Part shown: piece by piece, positions 36,949-50,145 of the stretch
Position numbering within the stretch: position 1 is the first letter of the stretch
Layout of the letters: the number at the start of each line of letters is the position of its first letter
Assembly: GCA_965287045.1 (NCBI GenBank)
Contig: OZ336886.1
Span: forward strand, 24,118,001-24,182,000
Origin: Carcharhinus amblyrhynchos
Taxonomy: Eukaryota
DNA: 64,000 nt
Direction of reading: 5' to 3'
Notes under the pieces: generated by a model
What the model was told of the DNA's origin: nothing
Databases searched by the model: none
The model's input: only the letters and a program-made list of their open reading frames with translations
Position numbers and translations under genes: made by a program

Positions 36949-38584
36949 ATTTAACATTTTGGAACTTTTTTTTGCACTTTAATTCTGATGCAAAATACAA
37001 TAGTATCAGAGAGTGTTTGTTGTGTAGAAAAGTTCATTAAGAACCAAGTATTTTGGGCATGGTTCTACCATCTGGATCAAAAAAGATTCTGTCTAATCAA
37101 TATGGTGATTTCCTGACCTCAACCAGGATGTGAATCGGGTGTTCAAAGCAGCATAGAACCATTTCCATACAGAGAGCAATGAACAATCAGACAGGCAGCA
37201 TTGCAAGGCTGCCCTTGGCCATCTTTTAGCATCTTACAAAACATCACAGGCAGAGGTTTGGGAGCAAGCCAACCACTCTCACAATTAATGGGAAAACAAG
37301 GTGCAGTGCAGGAAGGGCTAAGTTCATAGGAAAGAATTGCTCATCCAACTACTTGACACTTTTTACTATTTTGCATGTTTGATGTCTACCGTAGCACACA
37401 TTTTTTTATTGAACTGGACATTAGTTCTCTCAACGGTCTCTTTGTTATATTGCACTGAAGAGTCAATAATTCTCTCCTCAAAAAATACTTTATATAGAGG
37501 AAATGAATTTATGGTGAAAATTGTTCATGTACCCATTGAACAACATCCACTGAACAACAGTGGGCGTTGCTTAGGTCTAAACAATGCACCCGAACAAATG
37601 GTGCACATATGTTAAGGACTTCTAGGAGCACAGTAATGTACTATAGCAACAGCATATCTAATTCCTTCGTGCATTTGGCTACATTTCTGTGAAAGTGAGT
37701 GGTACAAAACAATGATGATTTTCATACTATGAATGGAATTTGTAAATGACCAAGAATTAAATATTCCTCAATAATTAAATCATCATTACTGTGAGTAATG
37801 TAGTCCAGTCACCTTGTGGAATATTTTCCACATTCTATAGTGACTGCTCATGTGCCACATGCACTTTTTTAGTAGTTATTTTTCATTGGTAATTGATCTC
37901 CCTTGTGTCGTATAAAATTATTTAAAAATTGAACATATTAAACAGAATAACTAAAAAAAAACCTGCAGTTTTATTCCCTAATAATGTTGATTATTTTCCG
38001 TATTATTTTATTTGGAAAATAGTTTATATATTTGGCCTCTGTTTATTTTTCAGTTCAATGTAATTATTCTTTCTGCTGCTTTTTCCATGTATTTTAGTTG
38101 TACTTTACAAACTCTGTGCATGTTTTTAAATTACCTGCTTAGCTCTTGGCTGTATAAGTTGTCAGTAAATATCTGAGTTCGTAATTTTTCATAAGAGTGA
38201 ATGATAGAGTCAAGGATTGCAACAGGGACATGGCTACAGTGGGGAACAATGCTGAGGCAGGAATCTTGAGAGGCTCAAAGTTGAGGCTGACGAAATCCCC
38301 AGGGAGGGAGAAACGTAGCCGTGGGTGACGTATCAAATGGAATGTGTCCAGAATAGAATTGATCTGGAAAATAAAAGTTGGATCTTTTTGAATTAGTAGC
38401 ATGGATTTGAAGATGAGAGGGGAGCGAGGTCAGGTTTGAAGCTGGAGGGACTATTGAACCTGGGGCTGCGTACAGAGAAAAAAGGTGCAGCTGGGACCAC
38501 ATGGTGATTTCTCGGGTTTGCAGTCTAACTCAGCCTTGTCCAATAGCAATCACTAACTGGATATAGATACGATACGGTGGCAAC

Positions 38585-39092
38585 TAGGGAGATGGCGGTG
38601 TTGAATTAGTAATACAGAGACCCAGACTAATGCTTTGGGGACATGAGTTCGAATCTCACCAGGGCAGCTTATGGATTTTAAATTCAGTTAATAACATCTG
38701 GAATTGAAAGCTAGGCCAGAATTTTCTAATGTTGCAAACCCTGCCATCACTGCTAGTGAGAACAGATAATTTGGCACTGAGTCAAACCTCCATTTGCTGC
38801 AGCGAGACTGGAGAAACCCAGCCATAGGTGAGGTTGGAGAATTCTGGCCATAGTCTCAGCAATGGTGACCATTATACTACCATAGATTGTCGTAAAAACC
38901 CCACTAGTTCATGAATGCTTCTTTCGGGAAGGAAATCTGCCATCCTTAGCTGACCTATCCTACATGGGACTCCAAATCCACATTCTTAACTGCCCTCTGA
39001 AATGGATAAGTAAGCCAGTTCAAGGGCAATTAGAGTTGGGCAACAAATGCTGTCCTAGCTTTTAACACTCGCATCCCATGGAAAAATAAAAT
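38585..39092 (+). mobile_element. Shark tRNA-derived SINE with nested MITE
   Basis: GAGTTCGAATC B-box, gggaaggaaatctgcc, aagggcaattagagttgggcaacaaatgctg tail. Confidence 0.85.
38714..38849. mobile_element. MITE with 3-bp TSD
   Basis: TIRs GGCCAGAATT / AATTCTGGCC; flanks CTA/ATA. Confidence 0.85.
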
Positions 39093-39096
39093 AAGT

Positions 39097-39730
39097 AGGC
39101 TGGATTTTGCCCTGAGAAGATCAGCCATTTTTTAGACTTGTACTGGCTCACTGACACTCTATGGGCTTTTGCGTGGCAAGTTACTTTTGGCCATCCGTCC
39201 AAACAGAGCTGCACCCTCTACAGGGCATGTGCAATCAGGACAATCAACTGAATAGTTCCTTAACCAGTCACAATGACAAATTGCTGATGAACAGGATAGA
39301 GTCTACAACAGGAATTAGACTACTTACTAATTAGACTACTTACATCATATTGGGAACAGAAAGTGAAATAAATTGAAGGAAAGAAAGATACGATTATGAG
39401 AGACAATTTTTTTTTTAACTTTCCCAAGGTGTTTTGGTTAGGATCAGTCAGGAAATTTCCTGGCTCACCACACTAGCCTCAGAGGAAGTTGCCCCATCAG
39501 TTCCCATTTTCATTTTGAGGAGTGCTCAAAGCTGTCATTCCCAAACGCAGACCAAAAACTGCCACAGGGGCCATTGAGTGCTGGGGTGATCTATTCAAAT
39601 CTTGGTTCTCTGGAGGAGCAGAGCCTTTCGGACAACAACATCTGGATTTCTGCATTCATCTATGCACGTGGTTGCTGACCTTTATTATCTGGTTTGCACC
39701 TAAATAGTGATGAGCACTGTTAGCCTTAGG
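39097..39730. mobile_element. Harbinger-like non-autonomous element
   Basis: Starts GGCTGGATTTT; degenerate body. Confidence 0.45.
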
Positions 39731-39740
39731 ATTCTTCGTA

Positions 39741-39993
39741 ATGTTTTAAAGGAGATGTATGAGGCAATTTTTTTGCACAGAGCGTGGTGGGTGCTTGGAA
39801 CTCGCTGTCGGAGGGGGAAGTGGAAGCAAAAAAGATAGTGACTTTTGAGGGGCGTCTAGACAAATACATGAATAGGATGGGAATAGAGGTAGATGGTCCC
39901 TGGAAGGATAGGGAGTTTTAAATCAGATGGTGCAGGCTTGGAAGGCCAAAGGGCCTGTTCTGTGCTGTAATTTTCTTTGTTCTTTCTTTGTTC
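39741..39993 (+). mobile_element. CR1 3' end
   Basis: cacagagcgtggtgggtgcttggaac...ggccaaagggcctgttctgtgctg, TTCTTTG tail. Confidence 0.9.
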
Positions 39994-40251
39994 AAAATCA
40001 AGCTGACTCCTTTAATTCATGCACCGATATTAGTAGAAATTTTCTTGTATGCAACTTGAGAAAATTAACTTCATTAGGTGTATATATACCTCACAAATAT
40101 CCATTACCATTCAGAGCAAGACTTCATAGTCTTTTTACAGGCTTCTTGACCTTTGTCCAACAATTATGAATGCAACTTTGACTTCAGAATGATAGCAGAG
40201 AATGCTAATCCGTGGGATGGTAGTGCAAGGGTTGGCAGACAAATAGGGTAG

Positions 40252-40606
40252 GCTGTGGCTTAATGGTATTACTATTAGACTATTAACCCAGAAACTCAGC
40301 TAATGTTCTGTGGAAGTGGATTCGAATCCTGCTATGGCAGCTGGTGGAATTTGAATTCAATCAAAATGTCTGGAACTAAGAATCTACTGATGACCATGAA
40401 ACCATTGTCAATTGTCAGAAAAACCCATCTGGTCCATTAATGTCCTTTAGGGAAGGAAATTTGCCATCCTTACCTGGTCTGGTCAAATATGACTCCAGAG
40501 CCTCAGCAATGTGGTTGGCTCTCAACTGCCCTCCAAAGTCAACTAGGAATGGGCAATAAATGCTGGCCAACCAGTGACATCCATGTCCCACAAATGAATA
40601 AAAAAA
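40252..40606 (+). mobile_element. Shark tRNA-derived SINE
   Basis: Same family as 31470-31819; full length with A-tail. Confidence 0.88.
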
Positions 40607-41046
40607 GATGGAACAGTGTTAGTTCAGCCTTTAGAAATGAGATCCATTGAGGAAACTTCTTAATTCCACACATATTGATGCTTAAAACAGTTCAACTCAG
40701 AGACAAAATAAAATGGTTGGCACAGGAAGTAGGGAACTTCCAAAATCAGTTTAAGACACCTGAAAATTGAAATTGAAAAGTATGTTGTGTAAATATTTAT
40801 TTTGTTGTTGTTTGCATGCTGCTTCCTTTGTTACTATTGGTTGATCATCTGATAAAATGGTGAAAATGGAAGACTTAAGAGCTATGGAAACATCAACTAC
40901 ATTGAATAGAAAGGGGAGCTGTCAAATTAGTCAGTTCAAATATTAAGAATTACTAAGTCAGCAGGACCCTGGTAAACCCAGCCAATAACATGCAGTTCCA
41001 AAAACACATGTCATGGCAAGGGGCAGGCAGTATCCAATCATAGACT

Positions 41047-41178
41047 AAGGTAAAATATTGCGAATGCTGGAATCTGAAATAAATACAGAAAATGTTGGAG
41101 AAACTCAGCTGGTTTGACAGCACCTGTGAGAGAGAATGGAGTCAACGTTTTGAGTCTAGATGACCTTTCGCCAGAGCC
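41047..41178 (-). mobile_element. Penelope-like pLTR fragment
   Basis: Reverse complement of the 23321-23453 family. Confidence 0.8.
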
Positions 41179-41276
41179 TGCTCAGCACATCTTGTCGTGT
41201 GGGTCGTTCTCAGCTGTCATTCTTGTCAGGAATAAGGAGTTTCAATGTTGTTTTGTTTTGGAATTTCACATTGAAT

Positions 41277-41399
41277 AGGCAGGATTTTACAACCTCGTTC
41301 GAGCGAGTCCAGAAATTCCTCCCGAGGTCAGCAACACTCCCATTGTCTGCCCCTCAGCTGCTCCAATTCCATGATAGGCGGGGCAGTAGAATTTTGGCA
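41277..41399. mobile_element. MITE family B
   Basis: GGCAGGATTTTAC...GTAGAATTTTGGCA; homologous to 5191-5316. Confidence 0.75.
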
Positions 41400-42636
41400 T
41401 ATATATGGAAACCAAGCTGATGGGGGTGTGATTTGTTGAATGGAATTAGAAACAGCAAGCTTCAAAGCTCAAACATCAATAAGGAAAGCGTGAAGCAAGT
41501 GGCTTGATATGTAGATGAACCAGGGGTGCAAGAAGATATTACATAAGAATTTACATAAGGAAAAGAAAGAGATAGTTTAAAGTTGGCTATTGTACATGAA
41601 AAGGGAACATATAAATGGAAGACTGTAAATATATGAGGAAAGATGGGTAAGTTTACTTTTAAAATTAAAAAAAGTAAAGACAAGGGTTAATCAATTCTGG
41701 GAAGATTGAGCTTCTAAAGGCTTGTAGGAAACGGTAGAGGATAAGATCAAAGAACAGAAACAAAATTAAGAAAACATTGAAGGTGTGTCCGTGGTGGTGG
41801 AAGGTAAGATCTCAACAAAGACAAATGCCAAAAACCTCTGATTTTGTCTGCCGTTAGGATTCTCCGTGTTGCTACAGTGGCTGAGCACCAACTTCTTCAT
41901 TCTCGCTGGCAGTGGGGGTGATGTGAACAAGATCAGAGAATACTACTTAGAATGTGGCAAGGCCTAACCTGGAAAGATAATTAACTGCCACCCTCAAAGA
42001 ATACCGTAAGATCCACAAGGCATTATGTGATATTACTGGAATTTCATAGCTTAGAAAATCTATAAGGACTGTTGGCATCACAAGGGTAGGAGGATGGTTT
42101 AGCTCTGAAAAATTTGACCAAGATCTGTTCAGAAAGGTTTATAAAGTACTGTAAACTGGGTCAAAGGTATTCTTTTGCTTAAACGTAGTTTGTAATTATT
42201 TATATTAATGGATGGTTCATGTTAAATCGCCACAATTAGTCTGAGAAGTCATTTTCAGATTTTGGAAAACCTCCTCATAATACACAAATTGCAAAACTGT
42301 TTTGACAGCTGTTTCAAGTTTCACTTAGGTTTTGGACAGCTCGGCACCTACCATCTGCTGTGCCACAACATTGTGTATTCATAGTACTAACCCCATTCCT
42401 TATAACTACTGTTCCAGATTGTTTCATTCTGAGATGATCTCCTTACCTCATATTATTTCCTTCAGAATGACCACCTGCATCTTCTATTTCTATCTCTGTT
42501 ACAGCCAAGAGCTGCGAAACCACCCACATATTTGTCACCAACAGCCTCAATTGCTCCAAATCTTTATTGTTATGATCAGGTGAGGAAAGGTTGAATGTTT
42601 TGCCTCTTTTCCCACTCTTCATTTGACCATGACAAA

Positions 42637-42743
42637 GGATGGAATTTTCTGGTCCCACTGACAGCAAATCCCCACCACTGGTGAATGGTGGGCTGCTGTC
42701 GGCTGCGGCGAGACATGCCGAGGGGATGCGGAACATTCCATCC
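42637..42743. mobile_element. MITE family A, short
   Basis: Perfect 9-bp TIR GGATGGAAT / ATTCCATCC. Confidence 0.75.
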
Positions 42744-43189
42744 AGAGTTTTTGTTTTTAAGTGATCTGTTTGCCAATTCAATGAGTATTCAGCGGTTTAC
42801 TTGCTGTGGCTATAAAAAACACACATAGACAGGTTTGCTTGAATTTTAAAAATGAAGAAAAGAGGTGGAAGCTAAAGCGTAAAGACTGCCTGGATAATTG
42901 GCCTGCTCACCAACCGTAAAAGCACATTGGGCCATGTAAAATTGATTTCAATTGGCCCCTTAATGGGCTAAATTGCCTGCTTGATTTTTGGCAGATGGGC
43001 TTCCAACTCTTGCATGCACCATTCAACCGAATTATTGTGCGAAAGTGCAATGACATCAAGATGCGTAGCGGATGTCCTCTCCTGCGGGTATGTGCCTGCC
43101 TAATCAACATAAAACTCTGGACCAATTCCTGGTATGAAGCATGGTTTCACAACCTTATGGATGTACTCCAATTCAGAATCTCTACTGAA

Positions 43190-43440
43190 CCTATATTTTA
43201 TCCTTTACCCATCACACCTGTGTTCACATCAGTTTCCTGTCCCATGCCTCAGACTTAATATTCTCACCCTTGTTTTCAAATATCTCAGTGACTTCGCTGT
43301 CCAATATCATTGTAATCTCCAATCTACAAAACTCTGCATTCTTTGTACCTCAAACTCTGGCTGTATGTGCTTCCTCTCCCTTCATTTTATCATTGGTGGT
43401 TAGCAGTCATGAGTTCAAACATTTAGATACTGTTCTCCAG
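43190..43440 (+). mobile_element. L2 LINE ORF2 3' fragment (further piece at ~44100-44240)
   Basis: ITPV..FPV..NILTLVFKYLSDFAVQYHCNL..SNSG resembles L2 HITPVL-LHWLPV-FKILILVFK. Confidence 0.7.
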
Positions 43441-44513
43441 AAGACGCTAATGTTAATTCATGCTGAAGGCAGTTGGTAACCAGATCAGTCTTTTACTTAA
43501 TACTAGACTTATTTGTCGAATGCAATACTACAGATGTGTGCCTCCCCTCTAATCTCAGAAATCTCTCTTTATACTCATTTGAGTGCCAATAAAAATAAAC
43601 CAATTAACAAATTAATTAATAAACAATTTAGCAGCTCCTTAAAGAGGTACTGTAACAAAAAGACAAAACTTCAAAGGAAACTCATCAAATTAAATGAAAA
43701 TAATGTACATGGGACCATTGATGCACTTCCTAAGGCCAACCAGTTTCAAGCGTACTGGTGGATACTGCATGTTCCTGCTCCAGGAATACCTAGTGCTAAA
43801 AGTCTCTCTTTTATATGCTCTTTTAACAAAACAAATGAGCCATAAAATAAACAAATAAAATAGTGGGTAACATCCATGGCGGAGCACTGTAACTAAAACC
43901 AAACTTTAGAATGAAACTCAGCAAATTAAATCACAATAGTGTTCCTCGGGCTGATGACACACAACAGCCCCCACAGTGCCCACTACTTGAAGAAGGCCTC
44001 ATGCGTATCAATGGACACCACATGCTCCCTCTCCAGGGTCACTTGGGAGAGAAGAGTCTCTCTTTATATGCCCTTTATACAATTAACATACCATTAGTCC
44101 TCATTCCCTCTGGGTTTCCAGCTTCCTCTGTTCGTATAAGTTCCTCTTTAAAACCACTTCTTTCCTGTACTATTGACAAAACCTTTCCCCATCCCTCATA
44201 ATCCCTCCTCCTTTGGCTCTGTCCTATTAAATTTACCCATGGTCATAGTCGGTGAGTGGTTGGTTACTCTTGTTTTAAGTGACAACAAAAAAGGTTACCA
44301 TTATTTTCTTATTCTTGTTCTACCCATTCCAATCAATAAGATTATATTCACTATGTGGTGACATGATTTCCATGCATTTTCTTGGGCAACAGGGATTCAT
44401 TGTCCCAACTGTTGTTGGCTCAGTTAATATGAAAGGGTACCTGCATTAAATGCGTACTTGTGTAGGAGCAGCTATGGAGCTTCACATTTGGGTTGAAAAA
44501 TTGTAAGACTACT

Positions 44514-44683
44514 TTTGATTTGACACGTATTGGTATACAGTGACAAGAATTGTTTCTTGCGTGCTATTCAGACAAAGCATACCATTCATAGAGTACATGG
44601 GGAGAAGGAAAGGAGAGGGTGCAGAATATAGTGCTTCAGACATGGCTAGGGTGTGGAGAAAGATCAGCTTAATATAAGGTAGA
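44514..44683 (-). mobile_element. Rex1/Babar-like LINE 3' end
   Basis: TTTGATTTGA tail followed by gtattggtatacagtga...cagacaaagcatacc...gagaaagatcagcttaat. Confidence 0.6.
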
Positions 44684-45904
44684 GTTTAAAGGAGTTAGAG
44701 AACAGTTCTAAAGACATAGAGTGCAAGTAAAAGATAGAATTAGAAGATGTGCCGGGGATAGCTTTCAAGAAGTCGGTGCGTCCTTGTATCTGACCCGCAG
44801 AAACAATTGTGAAAAATGAATGGTGGGCAACATTTTAAAGTGAATCCAAAAGAAAAGGAAGTTTTCATTAATAGCAAATATGGTATTGGAAATTACATTT
44901 TAATCACTGTCAATTATAGTGATATTAATATTGCTGCTTCTATTTCCCAGGTCTAAAATAAAGAGCATATCACAAGTTTAAATAAAAATAATAGTATCAA
45001 TGCGTTGTGATATAAATCAAATTCAATTTGACAGGGTCTTTTTTTTTCCTGCATTAAATTGCAATACTAAGACACTGCATACAAGAGGGTGACCTTTTTA
45101 AGATATTTACAGAATGCTATTAATAAAAGTGCCCATAACTTTCTCCAATATACTTTTAGAAGCAGAATGTCAATGCCATATCTTAAAAAATGTCAGAGTC
45201 AAAGTTAACTCTTTTCCACTTTTGTCATTTTACTCTTCAGTTTGGTGTCTCTTTTTCCTGCCATTTTGAAGATATAGGAAATGTAATTTTATAACCCATA
45301 ATATATATCAAACTCATGCTGCATTCCCACAAGGTTCTCTGATGAATGTCATTCCAATCCTTTACAATAAATTCTCCATGGGAAACAGAAAAGAAGAAAT
45401 ACAAAGATTTTGTGAACCAGAGTAAGAAAGATTCATAAAAAGGAAATAGATAAAAGTGTGCATAATTATTTGCGAAATGAAAGAGGAAAGGGTTGTGGTG
45501 ACCATATTAAAATGTAAAATATTATGATATTGGGACAGACATTGTGGATTTTGTGAGTGCAATACTGTTTGGATAAAAGATGGTTGATTTAAGGTCTGGG
45601 GTCAGGGAGCAATGGAGTTGTTGAAGCTGGAGGTTTCTACTCTTAAAAGGGTAGAAAGAGAACTTGCAATAATAGGAAGTGTCCAGGACATGAGTGTAGC
45701 AGAGTGGACTGACAGAATATAGGAGTGACACAGTTAGGCCAGGTTTGTTGACTGTCCCTCGAATTGAGGGTAACGTCAACTCGGAACGATGAGTTGAACA
45801 AGCTGATGCTTGACGTACAAATCTCTTGTCAGGTAGTTTGATCCAGAGTGCAGAATCTGCTTTTCTTTTCCTTCTCTGCTGCTGTTCTGTCTGATCATGA
45901 AGAC

Positions 45905-47075
45905 GTCAGGTCTGATTCCCCGACCTCTTCAGACAGCCGACGGGAATCCCAATGCCTGTTGAATTGAGCGTCAGCCCAAATTGGGGATTCCCGATGAGCG
46001 TGAGGATACTTTTTTTATTCTGTGGGGCATGAGCATTGCTGGCTGGCCAACATTTATTGCCCATCCTTAGTTGCACGAGAGAAGTTGAGAGCCAATCACG
46101 TTGCAGTGACTCTGGAGTCATATGTAGGCCAGACCAAGTAAGGACAGCAGGTTTCGTTCCCTAAAGGATTCGAGTGGACCAGATGGGCTTTTCTAACAAT
46201 CAACAATAGTTTCATAGTCATCAGTAGATTTTTAATTCCATGTGACTTTTATTGAATTCAAATTCCACCAACTGCCGAGGTGGGACTTGAACCCTAATCC
46301 CAATATTAGCCGAGTTTCTGGATTAATAGTTTGGCAATAATACCACTGGGCCAATGCCCTCCCCCATGTTGGGATTCACCCCATCTGCCCCAATTGGGTT
46401 TGCATCTATAGGGGGCAGCAACCTGATAATTATGCAAACTCACTAATTTCAATGTCATTAGCATGCTTGACAGGCCATTCACTAGCCGCCTGCCATTCAC
46501 CCGGCTCACCAGTGGGAACAGCATGAATGGGCATTACATGTGCTACCCACAAGCAGGGGCATGGTGTGATGGACCCCAAACATCTAGGGGAGCACTACCA
46601 ACCCCTCAGAAAAGAGAGTCTTCTTCCTCCTCCTCCCCTCCCCACCCACCACTCAAATCATGGATCACTCTCCCCCTACACACCACATAGGCATAAGGAT
46701 GACCCAACCTTTCCCCCCTCAGCCTCCCCTCCCTCTCAGAACACCCCACTCAGCCTTCCTTCATCCCTACATGCCTGGCAGTGCCAACAGTGCACTGCCC
46801 CCGGCACCCTGACATAGACGTCCTGGCCCAGTGCATTGGCCCCTGAGAGGGCCCAAGGAGGTAGGTCCAGTGGCCATTTGCCCCACTGCCAGGCTGCAGA
46901 GGAAGGGTCCCTCATGGACTCTGGGGGTTATGTGGGCTCAGACTGGGAGAAAGGATTTGATCTTGCCACACTTTGCTGGGGTGGGGGTGTCATGGACTGT
47001 CCCTTCATCCTGGCAGACCTGAAGATCACAACTGGTGTGGTGATTTCAGGCAGCTCTGTGATTAATATCTGCATT
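45905..47075. mobile_element. Long Harbinger-like non-autonomous element, interrupted by a SINE
   Basis: GGCAGTGCCA / GGCAC motifs and C-rich block shared with 53532-54515. Confidence 0.55.
46010..46362 (-). mobile_element. Shark tRNA-derived SINE
   Basis: Reverse complement of the 40252-40606 family. Confidence 0.88.
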
Positions 47076-47179
47076 CTTGCCTCATTCCTGCCTTTATTTG
47101 AAGTGCTGAACCTTCCTAGCAAGCTGAAATCTTTGAAACCCTCTCCATTCCAATGAGACCCTTTCAAATTCAACGTGTA

Positions 47180-47445
47180 ATACCTTGACCAGAAACAGAA
47201 CTAGACAAGACATATAAATACTTTGGCAACAAAAACAGGCCAGAGGTTGGAAGTTCGCCTCCTAACTTCCCAAAGGCTGACCAGGCACAGGTCAAGAGTG
47301 TGATGGAATACTTTGTATTCCCTGAATGAGTGCAGCTCCAGCTACATTCAAGAGGCTGGACACCATCCAGGACAAAGCATTAACCACATTATACAATCCC
47401 TCCACCAGCAGCATACAGTCATAGAAGTGTATATAAGACACAGTG
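47180..47445 (+). mobile_element. CR1-group LINE ORF2 fragment
   Basis: QAQVKSVMEY...MSAAPATFKRLDTIQDKA. Confidence 0.8.
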
Positions 47446-47600
47446 CCTCCCAACCACACACCCTCTCTTCCCCCACTCCTCGCACACACTCTCTCTTCCC
47501 TTCACTACTCACGCACAATCTCTCCTCCCCCTCCCCATGCACCCACTCACTCTTTCCCCACCTTAGCACACAGTCTTTTCCCCCCAGTTTGCACTCATTT
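47445..47600. repeat. Degenerate C/T-rich tandem low-complexity tract
   Basis: Recurring cacacactctctcttcccc-like units. Confidence 0.6.
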
Positions 47601-47639
47601 TCTCTGGAAGTATAGGATTTTTCAAAAAAGAATTATTAA

Positions 47640-48043
47640 TTTTTAGGGAATGTGGCTATTGCTGGCTGGGCCAGCACTGATTACCCAACTGCCTTCCATT
47701 TTAGAGGGCATTTAAATCAACCATATTGCCATGGTCCTGGAGTCATACATGGGCCCATACAGGTAAAGATGACAGATTTCCTTCCCTAGAGGACATTAGT
47801 GAACCAGATGGATTTTTGACAGCGGTCAACAATGGTTTCATGGTCATCAATGGGGATAAGAAAAATATCAGCCATGATTCAATGATAGAGCAGACTCAAT
47901 GGGCCAGATGGCCTAATTCTGCTCCTAGGTCTTATAATCTTATTAGACTGTCATGATGAGTTTGAAATCTGGGTTCCCAGAGCTTTGCGCTGGGTCTCTG
48001 GATTGCTAGTCCAGTGATAATTCCACTGTGCCACTACTTCCCC
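47640..48043 (-). mobile_element. Shark tRNA-derived SINE with a CR1 3' end (47850-47941, +) inserted
   Basis: gatttccttccctagaggacattagtgaaccagatgg; insert tcagccatgat...gatggcctaattctgctcct. Confidence 0.8.
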
Positions 48044-48321
48044 TGTAAACTATGTTGATCGTATAATTTCTTAATCTTCTATTACATTGTTTCCCTATGT
48101 GTTCATCATTTGAGTCCCCAAACATCAGTAAAACTATGCATTTTAAGTGAAAAATGTTAGTGCCTGTTGGCATTTTATATTGTACCATGAATCTTTGAAT
48201 CATTAATCTTTAGTACAGCTAGAAATTCATGATGCAACAATTTAATTATGTAATCCAAACCTATTAAAAACATAAATCACAGAGCTTTACTTCCAAAATA
48301 TTAAACAAAACTAGGTAAATA

Positions 48322-48400
48322 CAGTTAAGATACAGATCAGCCATAGTGGCAGAACAAGCTCAAAGGGCTGAAAGGCCTACAGTTGTTCATATATTCCTGT
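48322..48400 (+). mobile_element. CR1 extreme 3' end
   Basis: gatcagccat...aagggctgaaaggcctac. Confidence 0.7.
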
Positions 48401-49119
48401 TTAGGATCAATGAATGGGGCTTGGCACATATGTGAAGACATTCAAGCTCTTTCCCCAATCAATTCAAACTAATCCAAATTTCAAAGAACCATTGGGCAGC
48501 TAAATGAATGGCTTACATAGTACTTCTCTAATTTTCTCCAGGATTCTGGGTTAAATGCTATTCGGTCCAGCAACGTGATCAATCTTCAGTGCCTCAAACC
48601 AAGCTAAGGCCGTTTATGCATTTACATTCTAGGAGTCAATATTTGAAGCATGGATATCCACCACTGTATCATCTTCAACAGTGGGAATGAATACAAGCAT
48701 ATATATATTTACATTTCAGCCATATCCTATTCCTCAATCCTCACCATCATGCTAAATTATTCAAAGGAACTATGTAGCTTTTCTGGCCACTATAAATCTT
48801 TACTACTGGAATGCCGTCTGATCAATTGTTGTTTTATATAATGCATTTTTGGAGTTCAGTTGTGCCTTTAGTTAACTTCAGTTGTATCTGATACCAATAC
48901 ATCTCATCTTGCAAATATTTTATACTTCGTGAAATATTTATTTTTTCTGATTATTTATATAAACAACTTTATTTTTCTTCTTTATAACTTATTTCCATCA
49001 ACCATCACAGCCAATCACTATTTTTGAACCCTTTTTTTATACCTGAAAATTGAACCCATTCTCACAGCGAGTACAGAAATTTGTCTGCAGCAATAGTTTT
49101 CTCAATCAATGAAATATGA

Positions 49120-49305
49120 TACAATGAATGTTATGAATTGAATGGTTGTTAGGACATGGAATGGGCCTACCAGGAACAAATTTATATCTGAAATTTGAAA
49201 AATAGAGAAGTACGGGAAATAGGATGATGTGGATAGTTCTTTGAGAGCTATTCAGTAACATTGATAGGGTAAGTAGCTTCCTTCTGTGCTGTGAATCTCT
49301 ACAGT
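49120..49305 (+). mobile_element. Old CR1 3' end
   Basis: ggttgttaggacatggaatg...cttccttctgtgctgtga. Confidence 0.6.
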
Positions 49306-49515
49306 TCCTCCATGGAAATTGGATATCACCTCAGGTGTACTGCTTCTGATTAAATCAATTACTCCCTAACATGTTAAGTTCAGAAGAAATTCTTGCCTGC
49401 ACCCTCAACTATCTTTGCCCTGACATATGACCTATTGAATAAGGTAACACACCCTAATTTTTGAATAATTGTTAATGTTTCATAATATACACAGCGAAGT
49501 TTAGGTATTGTGGTT

Positions 49516-50145
49516 ATGCTGCAGTGCTAGAGAAGAGTGTGTCTGTCCCAGGGGACAGTGAACCACCTCTGCCACATAGTGCATGAGCTGGCACCCCATG
49601 AAACAGGAGGACAGCCAATGTCTGTGGCCCTTAAATTTACAACTGCTCTGAACTTTCATGCTAGTGGTTCATTCCAGGGCAGCACAGGTGACAACTGTGG
49701 TAGCTCCCAGTCTAACGCTCAAAAATATATTAGGGAGTTGATAGAAGGCCGTTATGCCAAGGCTGAAATGTTTATCAACTTTGACTAGGAGCAGGCAAGC
49801 CAGGATGTCAGCCTTTGCCTGCCTCGCAGGCATGCCCCAGGTGCAAAGTCTGATAGACTGCATTATTATGGTCTGCTGCACTTGCCACAACCTAGTGCTG
49901 CAGAAGGGAGACAATCGGGACCTGGAGGAGATGGGCAAATACCAGACCTGTCAGATGAGGGGGATGTTGAGGAGGGCAGCGGGCCTGTTGATGCCAAGGC
50001 GGAGGAGGAGGTTGAGGAGGGTGGTGGGCCTGATGATGCCAAGGAGAAGGAGGAAGAAGAATGCTGGGCATTGGACAAGGCCAGAATTGGCCAACAGGCA
50101 ACGGATGCACTGTTCACCTTTCATTTCAGGAATGAGTGGGAGTAG
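49516..50145 (+). pseudogene. PIF/Harbinger (HARBI1-like) transposase relic with internal deletion
   Basis: SVALKFTTALNFHASGSFQGSTGD, AGMPQVQSLIDC, IIMVCCTCHNL, acidic tail; stop and frameshift at ~49788. Confidence 0.9.

Noticed and set aside
38200-38520. L2-like minus-strand fragment (similar purine-rich tract at 45480-45830)
   Set aside because: Composition is suggestive but I could not recover diagnostic motifs, so it is left unannotated.
39313-39343. Direct duplication AATTAGACTACTTAC x2
   Set aside because: Ordinary slippage duplication inside an old element.
48490-48620. Second LF-SINE-like head
   Set aside because: Too degenerate; no core match.
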